Origin: Eledone cirrhosa
Lineage: Eukaryota
Reading direction: 5' to 3'
Assembly: GCA_964016885.1 (NCBI GenBank)
Contig: OZ024751.1
Location: forward strand, 53,320,001-53,384,000
Length of the DNA: 64,000 bases
A model generated the notes under the pieces. The model ran no database searches. It was not told the origin of the DNA and saw only the letters and a list, made by a program, of their open reading frames with translations. Position 1 is the first letter of the stretch. Each line of letters begins with the position of its first letter. Both the position numbers and the translations under genes were made by a program. Below are positions 51,366 to 64,000 of this stretch, piece by piece.

Positions 51366-52102
51366 CACATATTCTAAAGGAATATTCTAGTTATGTTGAT
51401 GTTACAAAATATTAACTTTTACCCTGACTTCCCTACCATACACACACACGCACACACACATATATATATATATATAGACACACACACACACATATATATG
51501 TACATATACACACACGTATATACATATATACACGCACATATATATATGCACATACACCCCTATATATATATATATATATGCATACATGTGAGGTAAATGG
51601 ACCACCGTCGGTTCCGACGAAGACTGTTCCAGTTGATTGAACAACAGAACAGCTTGGTTGTGAAATGAAATTAATGTGCAAGTGGCTGAGTATTCCACAG
51701 ACATGTGTACACTTAATTAGGGAGATTCAGCATTGCATATTTGATTTGAATTAACGGAAATTAAACCCCAGATATTTTCAGCTGAGTGGACTGGAGCAAC
51801 GTGAAATAAAATGTGTTGGCCAAGGACACAATGCTGAAATCGAACTAATGACCTTACGATCTTGACCCAAGCACCCTTACCACTATGTCATCCGTCATCA
51901 CCACGTTTTTATTTACGTCTTAGTAAATAGAGTTAATATTTTGTCATTTCACTATATCAGATGTCTCGTATTTTGGGGTTGCTTTCGTGTATGCTTGTGT
52001 CGTGTATATATGTATACATACTTGCATACATATATACATACATACATATATATAAATATATATATATATTTATATATATATGCGTATATATATATGCGTG
52101 TG

Positions 52103-52160
<58 letters not shown>

Positions 52161-52161
52161 G

Positions 52162-52198
<37 letters not shown>

Positions 52199-52330
52199 TA
52201 TATAATTATATAATAGATATAATAAAATACAACGTACAACATATATAAATATATATAATTATATAATATATATAATAAAATACAGCGTACAACATACACA
52301 TATAAACACATACACATATAAACACATACA

Positions 52331-52436
<106 letters not shown>

Positions 52437-52489
52437 TATGTGTTTATATGTGTATGTTGTACATTGTATTTTATTTTATCATTTGCCAT

Positions 52490-52980
52490 GTTAGGTGTAA
52501 AGGGAGAGACAGTACCCTTGGCCTTCAAAAGTCCTCCAAGACTGCAAGAATTGATTGGGGCAATTATATGTTCTAATGAAATATCTGCCGGTCTACAGTG
52601 AAGGAGCTCCAGTGGGGGAGAAGAGATTTGATGGGTAAGAAGGAACCACACTTGAGAGATTAATGTCGTTGATGTCTTGTTTCACTTGATACAGGTTTAA
52701 TAATTTGGAAGAGTGTTCCAGAGGGATCACATTCTGGGGAGAATGGATAGGGCATAGTGGTTAGGGCGGAAACTGGGCCTGTGGACCGAGGTGCACACAC
52801 TGTGATAAATGGAAAGAAAGGGGTAACATACTGGGCAGGAAGGTTAGAAATGGTGGTTAGTGGTTAGTGGAAGCACTATTGGTGATATGAGGAGGAGAGA
52901 TGAATGTTTCAGTGGAGGTGACAAGAGGTCAACCAGAACCGAGGTGCAGGGGCCATTGTTGTAACGGTAGAAGAGGAAGA
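52490..52980 (-). mobile_element. Decayed CR1/L2-group LINE 3' end
   Basis: Minus-strand relic peptides FLFYRYNNGPC and RPNHYALSILPR..SLWNTLP match the common LINE C-terminal 'SF.PRT..LWN.LP' pattern. Confidence 0.55.
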
Positions 52981-53100
52981 TATATCTACATGTGTGTGTG
53001 TGTGGGGGGGTATGCATCGTAGTATATATGTGAAGACATATATATAAGGATATATATATATATGTGAAGACATATATATAAGGATATATATATATATTTT

Positions 53101-53146
<46 letters not shown>

Positions 53147-53261
53147 GTGTGTGTGTGTGTATGTCTGTGTGTGTGTGTGTGTGAGAGTTCCGGGCTCAGT
53201 CGGGGGTAACCACAGTTACTAAGGTACTCAATACATTAGTAGAGTGTAAACATGAAGTGTA

Positions 53262-53354
53262 ATATAGAAATGGCTTCTACAGGACCAGAACTGTTTCATT
53301 CAAAAGAAATCATCAGATGAAACAGTTCTAGTCCTGCAGAAGCCGTTTCTATAT
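53262..53354. repeat. Inverted dimer of a hammerhead-bearing short repeat (same family as 17576-17626)
   Basis: Arms 53262-53299 and 53317-53354; minus strand reads CTGATGA-TTTC(TTTT)GAAT-GAAA-CAG..CTG-TA. Confidence 0.75.
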
Positions 53355-53365
53355 AAAATTATATA

Positions 53366-53439
<74 letters not shown>

Positions 53440-53553
53440 GAAGAGAGAAGAAACATTTAGATATATATATATGCGTATGTGTGTGTGTGTGTATATGTGT
53501 GAGTGTGTATGTGTGTGTATGTATGGTTGTATGCATGAATGTATGTATGTATG

Positions 53554-53595
<42 letters not shown>

Positions 53596-54244
53596 CATAT
53601 ATATGTATATAGTATATATGTGTGTATGTGAAGGCGTGTGGCTGAGTGGTTAGAGAATTGGATTCACAATCGTATGGTTGTGAGTTCGATTCCTGGACCA
53701 GGCGATGCGTTATGTCCTTGAGCAAGACACTTTATTTCACGTTGTATTCCACCTTTATTTCACGTTGTATTCCACCTTCTACCTGGAGTTGCGACCGATA
53801 GATAGTATTAGCAATTGGAAAGACCAACGGAAACATTGTTCCCTCGGTCCGATTTGACGAAAGTCGATCGTTCCTAGATGTGTGTATGTATATATGTATA
53901 TAAGTATATATATATATGTATGTATATATGTATGTATATATTTGTGTATATATGTAGTGTATATATATATTTGTATGTGTGTGTGAGTGTGTGTGCATGT
54001 TTGTGAAGTGAATGAGTGTGTATGTGTGAATGTGTGTATGTGTGTGTGTATGTTTGTGTGTATGTTTGTGTGTGTACATGATCCATACATATGTGTATAT
54101 AAACGGCATGACATACGTTAAATAAACCAATAGATATATGGGGGAGATGGGGAGACAGATAGATAGAGAGTGAGTGAGAGAGTGAGAAACAGACAGATAT
54201 ATAGACAGGGAGACACAGACAGACAGATAGATAGGGAGAAAGAC

Positions 54245-54282
<38 letters not shown>

Positions 54283-54714
54283 AGAGGGCGAAACGGACAG
54301 ACAAATAGATTGGCAGAGAGAGAGTGAGAGAGAAAGAGAGAGAGGGAAGGGTGAGAGAGAGAGGGAGAGGGAGAGAGAGAGAGAAAAGAAGAAAGAAGGC
54401 CGATTTATTCAGTGATGGATGGAGGGAGGAATTAAGAAACAGACAGATGAATTGAGTTAAATAAATGTGATTAAGACATGTTAGTGAGAGTAAAATAGGA
54501 ACAATAGGGACAAAAGATGTTGTTTTTATTCAATACTTACCCGGAAATATATATATTATAAACATGTATAATAACATATATATATATATATAGATGTATA
54601 TATGGTACGTGTGTAGAGCATAAACTCCTTACTAAGTATATAGACCAAGTCTTGTCACATTAACCTCCAGGTCTCCAATAAACGGATAAGTGAATGTTTA
54701 TTCCAAATTTTGAG

Positions 54715-54797
<83 letters not shown>

Positions 54798-54906
54798 AAT
54801 ATATATAAATGTGTGTGAAACAAAATATCCGCGATGAGTTAAATGTTTAACATAGAAATGCGTGTTAGATTTCCTTTCGTGTATTATGGTGTGACATATT
54901 CATTCA

Positions 54907-54948
<42 letters not shown>

Positions 54949-54963
54949 TATCTATATATCTAT

Positions 54964-55076
<113 letters not shown>

Positions 55077-55899
55077 GAAAGTGAACAACACAATATATAA
55101 CAACTCCATTACCAAAGGTTTCAGGAGCCTAGACAATATCAACATACGTCTAGTTCGTTCATCAGGCAGAGAGGTTATATATATATATATATATATTATT
55201 GTTAAGGTATTATAGATGGATAGATAGATATTTGATTGATTGATAAATTCCGTTGACCCAAGTACTTGTTCGATGTCCGTTTGGGTTCACTTGCCAAATA
55301 TACAATTGTTTTTCGGGGCTTTTCTTTTTCCAATACAATATATATACATATATATATATAGATATATTGTTCAAGGATATATATTACTGTTCATATATTG
55401 TTGTTGTTGTTGTTGTTGTTTTTGTCCAGGGTGTTATATTGGTGGCTACCCGAGGTATTCTCCACCTCCACCTTCTAGTGCCCTCCACTTGGGTGGTATG
55501 GAGAACATTTGTAACAGCACCATCATTTCATCTCATTTAACACCACAACCTCCCACAGTCACTTACAATGTTTTTACCATCTCGTCTCTATTGATTTTAA
55601 TATCTTCATCCTCCTCCTCCCCTTCCTTCTTCTCTTCCTCGTCGTTGTGGTTTTACTGCTTCTGCTTGTGGTTATATATGTATTATATTTTATACATATA
55701 TATATATATTATTTATTTTATTTATATTATTATTATCACTAGTATTGTTATGTTTTACTTTTATGTATTCACTCCATCCTTGAATATATTGTCCCTCTTC
55801 TCTTTCTGTCTCCCCCTCACTTATTTATCTATCTATTTCTATCTTTCTTTCTCTCTCTCTAACATGTTTCTCTCTACACCTTTTTCCATCTCCCTCTCA

Positions 55900-55984
<85 letters not shown>

Positions 55985-56320
55985 CACTCAGTCTTTCGAC
56001 CGGCGTTATATTCGTTCTTTCTCTTCCCTCTATCTCTCTCTTCTCTCTCTGTTTGTCTGCTTGTCTCTCTCACTCATTCTCTCTCTCACTCACTCTATCT
56101 ATCTATCTATCTATATATCTATCTCTATCTCTCTGTCTTTCTCACTCACTCCCTATATCTATGTGCCTGTCACTCAAATATTATGCCTATTTAACTATCG
56201 ATTTATCAACTGTCGTCTGCTTTCTTCCAGTTTTATCTTACTCTTTATTTATCTCTTCTTTCGTTTTCACTTTCTCTTTTCTCTCGCTTTCTCTCTACCT
56301 CCCTATTTATATACATGTAA

Positions 56321-56362
<42 letters not shown>

Positions 56363-56488
56363 TCACACACACATATATATATACATATACACATATGCAC
56401 ATACATATATATACATATATACACAAACATACATACACACATATATACATACAAATGCACATATATATAAGTACACACACACACACAC

Positions 56489-56527
<39 letters not shown>

Positions 56528-56792
56528 CTTAGTGGTAGACGTCTCTAAATATTACTGTAAAATATTTCTCGTCAGCTTTCATTTCAATCTTTTTTTTATA
56601 TATTCACTTATTTATTCCTGTTTCATTATATCTCCTACTCTCTCTAATTCTATCCCCCTCACTCTCTTTATCTCTGTCTCTGTATCTATCTTCATTTTTT
56701 TTTCTATTTATCGTCTGCGTTGTTTTGCTTTAATCATTACTTTCACTTTCTCTCATTTCCCTTCAGTTAAGTTCTCTCTCTCTCTTTTTCTC

Positions 56793-56825
<33 letters not shown>

Positions 56826-57207
56826 TGATTCTTTTTTTCAAATACCACTTTGGAAGAAGAATCAGGATGGAGAGAGAGGTGCTGTACCCCAGCAAGTTTT
56901 ATGAAAGGTGGGTGAAAGTGGCGAGAATGGCCCGAGTGAATGGGCCTTCTCTCTATATCAGCCTGTAGGTTGAGGAAAAGGAGGAGGAGAGGAAAGGAGT
57001 ACAAACTCTTCGTACTCCTGGAGATGAGGGTTGCACATTTTTTTTCGGGGGTATGTGTTACCCATATAAACTGTCTCCCTCTATTGGGGAAAATCGACTA
57101 ACTTTTTAAATTCCATTTGTGATAACATTTTACACGTTTTTATTGTATGTAAACTTCCCTCTTTGTATTTGTCCCCATCTTTTGTGCCCCTGTGGCTAAT
57201 AAAGAAA
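56826..57207 (+). mobile_element. Solo Tx1 family B 3' fragment (~380 bp) in (TATC)n
   Basis: Matches 37191-37570; TATC repeats on both sides. Confidence 0.92.
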
Positions 57208-57209
57208 TA

Positions 57210-57255
<46 letters not shown>

Positions 57256-57649
57256 GCGACTATCGATTAGCTTTGTTAATCTTCCCTTCTATCAATCATT
57301 TCTTCTCTCAATCCTCTTCCCTCTGCCCACTTCCCTCATACACAGTTTACCTCAATCGTTATTTTAAAGAGAAAGACAAAACTCAATAATAATAGTCTAT
57401 CGTTGATTGATGCACATGCATTGATGCAACAAGCACGATATGCAGTCATGCATAAACTCAGCCATAACATGCAGTGCCAAGTAGAACGAATGCTTAGTTT
57501 GGTGCATGCATCTGCACATGTATGCAGCGAGCTGTAACATTTGACATACATATCTATATAGACATTCAAACAAGTGACTGACTTTCTCCCATCCGACTCC
57601 TGAAACAAATTATACAAGATATATAATCAAAGTCTATTGGATGTATACA

Positions 57650-58170
57650 ACAAAACTATACAGCGTGTATACTGCCAAATTATACATAGTGTATGCTATA
57701 AAACTATACAGGGTACTGCCAAATTTTACATGGTGCATGCTATAAAACAATACAGGGTGTATACAACCAAACTATACAGCGTGTATACTGCCAAACTATA
57801 CATGGTGCATGCTATAAAACTATACAGGGTGTATACAACTAAACTATACTTGGTGTAGACTGCCAAACTATACATGGTGTATGCTATAAAACTATACAGG
57901 ATGCGTACAACCAAACTATACTTGGTGTATACTACCAAATTATACATGGTGTATAAACACATTCTACAGAGTGTATAGTGAAACATTTTACAGGGAATAG
58001 AGTGTGTAAAATTATACAGGATGTATACAATCAAACTATATATGGTGTATACTACCAAATTATAGAGAGTGTATACTGTTAAATTATGTATACTGTTAAA
58101 TTATTAGTGTATAAAACCAAATTATACAGGGTGTATATAATCATACTATAGAAGATGTATACAACCAAAA
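57650..58170. repeat. Degenerate ~24-bp tandem repeat
   Basis: AAACTATACA(G/T)GGTGTATAC(A/T)(A/G)CC-like units. Confidence 0.8.
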
Positions 58171-58649
58171 GTATATCGTATTTATTAATTTTATATCGAA
58201 CATTTAATATCATTTTTAGAAAAAAATAATAGTACATATAAAGTTCAATGGGAGCTGACTGGTGGTCACTCTGAATGTATATATATATAGAGTTTACATA
58301 TATATATTCTTACATATATACATACATACACACACACGCATATCATATATATATATGTGTGTATGTGTACGTGTACGTGAGTGTGTGTATGTGTGGTTAC
58401 AAGTAGAATAATTTAGTGAATGAAAACTACGAGACACCAAAATATTGCACCAAATACATTTCTGTTGCGCAGTTAGCTTCCAGTACAAATATCACCATAA
58501 TACCCCTCTCTCTCTCTCACTCACACACACTCTCTCTCTCTCACACGCGCTCTCTCTCTCTCTCTCTCTCACACACACTCTCTCTCTCTCTCTCACACAC
58601 ACACTCTCTCTCTCACTCACACACTCTCTCTCTCTCTCACACACACACT

Positions 58650-58683
<34 letters not shown>

Positions 58684-58745
58684 CTCTCACACTCTCTCTC
58701 TCTCACACACACACACACTCTCTCTCTCTCACACACACACACCCT

Positions 58746-58810
<65 letters not shown>

Positions 58811-59577
58811 TCTCTCTCTCACACACACCCTCTCGCTCTCTCGCTCATACACACTCTCTCTCTCACACACACACACACACACTCTCTCTCTCACACACAC
58901 ACTCTCTCTCTCTCACACACACAGACACACACTCTCTCTCTGTCTCTGTCTCTTTCTATCTATCTATTTATTACACACACACGTACAGACTCTCTCACTC
59001 TCATCCTTTTTCTCCCTCTCTATCTATCTATCTGTCTATAATAAAGAAACATATCTATCTGTCTATCTACCTATCACACACATATACGCACACACACACA
59101 CATACAGAGTCTTTCTTATCCTCTCTCTCTTTATCTATCTCTCCCTCTCTCTCTCTATCTCCCCTCTTCCTCACTCTCCCTCTCTCTCTCTCTATCTCTC
59201 CCTCTCTCTATCTATCTCTCCATCTCTCTATCACTGCCCCTCTCACACCCCCTCTCTCTCTATCTATCTATCTCTCACCCTCTCTCCCTATCTATACGCC
59301 CCCCCCCCCACCTCATTCAGAGGTCAGAGGTGACAGTAGATGTTTGACATGGTGTCACAGTCAAAGTATGTAATATTCGGTTCCATCACCAAATTATAAC
59401 AAAGCGGTGTTTGTGTTTCTGTTCTTTCATCTCGTTTCGATGACTTTGGATGTAAAGGTTTGTTGTGGCATCAGATCCTACCCCCCCCCCTGCATACCCT
59501 TACATCCCACACCACACTATACACTAACCACACACACTCACACACACACACACACGCATATATATACAAACATATAT

Positions 59578-60237
59578 AGGGAAGATAAATCATATTATAA
59601 GGTATCTATTTTTGAAGTTCTGGTCAACTTTATTTAGTTACCTACCTAGCTATGTGTGGTTACACACTTGTAAAATTATCTCCTGTGATTATTCACGTTT
59701 ATTTATATGTTAATCAATCTCTAGTTATTATAAAATGCTCGGACCTACTCGTTAGAATCTTAGAGCTTATTTTGCGGGTGATATGGCGCATGTCTTTCTG
59801 GCATGATACCCATAATTTTGATTTAGATTAAATTCATTTGATTTATCTTAATTTTGGATATAGATATATAAATACGGCTCCTTAATTCACGCCACTTGGA
59901 CGAAGCTAGTATGATGTGTGTATTTCTAGTAAATACAACACGTGGTACTGGCCAGTCGCTGATTTGAACTTGAAGTGTAAACACGGATTGCTGGAACTTC
60001 TTCCTTGTTGAAAATCCAAGTCTCTACTTCTGTGGTTACCATCTGATTAGTTGGTGAAATATATTTCTTTAATGGACTATATACAGGGAAGATTAATCAT
60101 ATTATAAGGTATCTATTTTTGAAGTTCTGGTCAACTTTATTTAGTTACCTACCTAGCTATGTGTGGTTACACACTTGTAAAAATTATCTGTGATTATTCA
60201 TGTTTATTTATATGTTAATCAATCTCTAGTTATTACA
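59578..60237. repeat. ~150-bp direct repeats (59578-59729, 60086-60237) enclosing ~355 bp of unique sequence
   Basis: AGGGAAGAT..AATCTCTAGTTATTA present twice with few differences. Confidence 0.8.
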
Positions 60238-60309
60238 AACATATATATATATTTTACCTTGTTTATATATATATATATAAGTCCACTTTCCGTGTTAGAT
60301 GATGGAGTA

Positions 60310-61372
60310 TTGGTGTGGTGAGGTGGCGTGGTGGTGTGGCGTGGTGGTGTGGTATGGTGGTGTGGTGGTATGGTATGGTGGTGTGGTGGTATGGTGTGGT
60401 GGTATGGTGGTGTGGTGTAGTGGTGTGGTGTTGTGGTGTGGCGTGGTGGTGTCGTGTTGTGGTGTGCTGGTATGGTGTGGTATGGTGTGGTGGTAAGATG
60501 TGGTGTGGCGGTGTGGTATATAATAATAATCATCATCATTGCTATGATGATTATGGTAATGACAAGAAAAAATGCAGTACAGTTTGTAAAGACACCACCA
60601 CAACAATCAACACCACCATCAGTATCATCACTACCACCACCACCACCACCACCACCACCACCACCATCACTACCACCATCATCACTACAACCACTATCAA
60701 TATCACTACCACCACCACCACCACTACCACCACCACCACCACCACTACCACCATCACTACCACCATCATCACTACAACCACTATCAATATCACTACCACC
60801 ACCACCACCACTACCACCACCACTACCACCACCACTACCACCACCATTACCACCACCACCACCACCATCACTACCACCATCACCACTACAACCACTATCA
60901 ATATCACTACCACTACCACCACCATCACCACCACCACCACCACCATCATTACTACCACCCCACCCTCACCACTACCTTTTACCACCACCAACACATCCAC
61001 CACCACCATCATCACTACCACTACCAGCACCACCACTACCATCACCACAAACCATTATCATCACAACCACCATCACCACCACTACCATTACCACCACTAC
61101 CACCACCACCTCCACCATCACCAGCACCACCACCATCACCACCACCACCACCACCACTACCATCACCCCCCCCCCCCCCAATCCCATCACCACCGCCACC
61201 ACCATCACCACCAACACCACCACCAACACACCACCACCACCACCACCACCACCACCACCACCACCACCACCACCACCACCACCACCACCACCACCACCAC
61301 CACCACCACCACCACCACCACCACCACCACCACCACCACCACCCACCACCACCACCACCACCACCACCATCA
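60310..61372. repeat. GGT-rich then ACC-rich low-complexity tracts
   Basis: TGGTG/GGT degenerate repeats at 60310-60517, then (ACC)n-derived repeats at 60590-61372. Confidence 0.85.
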
Positions 61373-61567
61373 TGGCTGTTATTCACGGTCGACTTTATTG
61401 AATCAATAAAAGTTTGGCAGGATTGTAAAAAAAAAACAAGAGAAAAAACTAGAAAGCCAGTGTGTGTGTATGTATTTCTGTATGTCTAAAACCTTGTGTG
61501 CGTGTGTGTTTCTATATGCGCTTGCGTATGTGTGTGTCTTTCAGTATGTATGTATGTATGTATGTAT

Positions 61568-62869
61568 CTTTTCTCTTTCTCTTAATTTTGAGTATATTTT
61601 TTGACCGGCCACCTTCCTGGTGGCAAGGTTGTAAAAGAAAAGAAATTGTCATCCCTTGAATCGCAAGAATGTTTTGCAAATTTTGAAGGTGCCAGCTATC
61701 GCAGCCATTTGTAGACTATGAATTAGGGAGCTGCGCTTTTTGTCCGCAAATCCAAGTTCAGTCATACTTTGGTCCAAGCGGGTTGGTATATAACCCGTAG
61801 CACCAATAATGATGGGTATGAAGCTAAAGGTGTATCTTGGATACTGGATTTGTAAACTCCTCATCAATGGTCCGTAGATGTCCTCCTTCTCCTGTATTTT
61901 TCTGACAACGTTTACATCAAGTGGGCAGCTGATCTCCACAACAGAACACGTTTTCAATGTGTGGTCCCAAACTACAATATCAGGCCGGTTGTGCTTTAAT
62001 TTGGTGGCAGTTTTTATTTTCAGGTTCCACCAGTATTCCTTAATGCCATCTGTCTCAATATATTCTTCCTCGTTTGTTGTTGATTTTGTTTTCCGAAGTG
62101 CGTTCCAGATGGTTCTAGCTATCCCATCGTGTCTCATGGGGAGGTAGTAGCGAGATGACATTCTTTCGCAGCTGGCAACAATGTGGCTTACATCCTCGAT
62201 CTTTGTTTTACATAGCCTACATTTATTGTCAGCTGCTGGCCCTCCTCTTTTGTGCAGCAGATATTTGGTAGGGAGTTCTTGTTCCTGTATTGCATAGAGA
62301 TATCCCTCAAGGTGTGATGTCATAAACTTGTCGGAACTCCATGCCAGGCTTTTTGAGTGGTTTATCCCCTCTATGGTCTGTGTTTTACGCCTCAAGTATC
62401 CATGCACAACTTTTTCTGTAAATTGGTCAATTTTTTTTTCTTGTTTGAACATTGAATAGGATCTTCCGATTTCTCTGGGTGAGAGATTTATATCGGGCTT
62501 TATTCCATATCTCTCCTCCAGATCAGTCGCTATTCTAATGATATTTCTTTTTTCATGGTCATAAACCTGGGCAAGATGGTTGCCAACCTTTTTCCTCTGT
62601 TGAAGGTGTTGCTTCAGTGTCACTATCCGGGTCTCATATGTTGTTAATATTGATTTTAGACCCCGGCCACCTTCCTTGCGTGAGAAGTATAGCCTATCCA
62701 CATCACCATTGATGTTAAAGTTCCCAGTAACACTGAGAAGTTTTCGAGTTCTAACATCCATCTCACTTAGTTCTTGCAATGACCAGTTCAGTAGGCCAAA
62801 TGTTGGCGTTAGAATTGGCACAGCATAAGTATTGTGGGCAATGTATTTGTTGTATGCTGACAGTTCTGA
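61568..62869 (-). mobile_element. R4/Dong-like RLE retrotransposon family 2, 5'-truncated 1.3 kb with open C-terminal ORF, in (TATG/CATA)n
   Basis: Open frame: MDVRTRKLL..DVDRLYFSRKEGGRGL..AIQEQ..CRLC..EDVSHIVASC..RHD..NRPDIVV..VEISCP..EKEDIY; TATG tracts at both junctions. Confidence 0.9.
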
Positions 62870-62972
62870 ATGTATGTATGTATGTATGTATGTATGTATG
62901 TATGTATGTATGTATGTATGTATGTATGTATGTATGTATGTATGTATGTATTGGTAAAAGAAAAAGAAAATG

Positions 62973-63044
<72 letters not shown>

Positions 63045-63771
63045 GTGTATGTTGGTATGCATATATATATGTGGGTAAGTATGTTTGTATATGTGTTGGT
63101 GTGTATGTGTGAAAGCGAGGAAGAGCTGCAGTGTCCGGCTGAAAGTGAAAGTAAAAACAGATTATATGAAAATAGACACTGGGGAAAGAGAGCGGGAGAG
63201 AGAGATGTATGGGGCAGAGAGAGAGGGGAGGTTTGAAGAGCGAGGGACAAAGGGAGAGAGAAAAGGAGAAGCAGAGAGAGAGGGGGTGAAGAGGGAGGGA
63301 CAAAGGGAGAGGGAGAGAAGCAGAGAAGGGGCGGGGGAGAAAGAGATAGGAAGTGGAAGAGAAATGGTGAGAAGCAGAAAGAAAGAGAGTAAGATAAAGG
63401 TTGCAGCTAGAAATGAGAGTAAATTGTAAAAGAGAGGAGGTAGAGGTTGGGTGAGTGTCGAGTGAAAAGGGAGGTAACTGTTATGGGACATCGTGTGGAA
63501 GATGAATTAGGATAGTAGAGAAGAAAATATACTGACAAGGAGAGATATATGTTTTAGAGAGAAAGAGAGAAAAGGGGTGTGTGAGAGAGATTGAGAGTAT
63601 GGGGAAAGAGGGGTAAAGAAAGATAGAGAGGGGAAGAAATAGCGTGACGGATTGGGGGGGGGGGGGAGAAAAGGATAGAGTACAGTACACAGTACAGTAC
63701 AGTCTGGAAATGTTACTGTAGTGTCAAATATTTTCTTAAACATGGAACCAAATATTAAATATTATTTTTCT

Positions 63772-64000
63772 TAACTGCGGGACATATGTTATACACATTA
63801 ACTGCCGGACTTATGTTACACATATTAACTGTGGAACTTATGTTACACATATTAACTGTGGGATATATGTTACACATATTAACTGCAGGACATAGTTTAT
63901 ACACATTAACTGCGCGACTTATGTTACACATATTAACTGTGGAACTTATGTTACACATTAACTGCGGGACTTATGTTACATATATCAACTGCGGGACATA
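63772..64000. repeat. 27-bp minisatellite running off the window end
   Basis: TTAACTG(T/C)GG(A/G)ACTTATGTTACACATA units. Confidence 0.9.

Noticed and set aside
53633-53705. tRNA-like sequence (GGCGTGTGGCTGAGTGGTT..GAGTTCGATTCC)
   Set aside because: Continues into the GTCCTTGAGCAAG SINE core, so it is a SINE head rather than a tRNA gene.
62870-63250. N-terminal ~130 aa of the 533-aa ORF 61649..63250
   Set aside because: Read-through into TATG/TA microsatellite beyond the 5' truncation point of the RLE element.

Overview
Repeat-saturated, gene-poor animal genomic DNA. The very dense TA/CA/GA/TATC/TATG/TAA microsatellites and the SINE types suggest a cephalopod such as Octopus; this is an inference. 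No multi-exon host gene could be identified, and almost all ORF-track entries are microsatellite or antisense artefacts. The main structure is a ~17 kb head-to-tail array (26.6-43.8 kb) of Tx1-clade (L1 superfamily) non-LTR retrotransposons, each joined to (TATC)n. It contains one RT-deleted copy of family A, one intact 5.8 kb copy of family B, one decayed B copy and short 3' fragments. Around it are other elements that each sit in their own microsatellite motif. These include an R4/Dong-like RLE element and a third Tx1 family in (TAA)n, and a second RLE family in (TATG)n. In (TA)n there are RTE pieces, one with a candidate HDV-like ribozyme, and many Penelope-type hammerhead relics, often as fold-back palindromes. 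Also present: a non-autonomous LTR element with atypical TG..AA ends, TRIM-like units, a Helitron, a Tc1/mariner-type MITE, tRNA-derived SINEs and several minisatellites. Coordinates were read by eye and may be off by a few bases.
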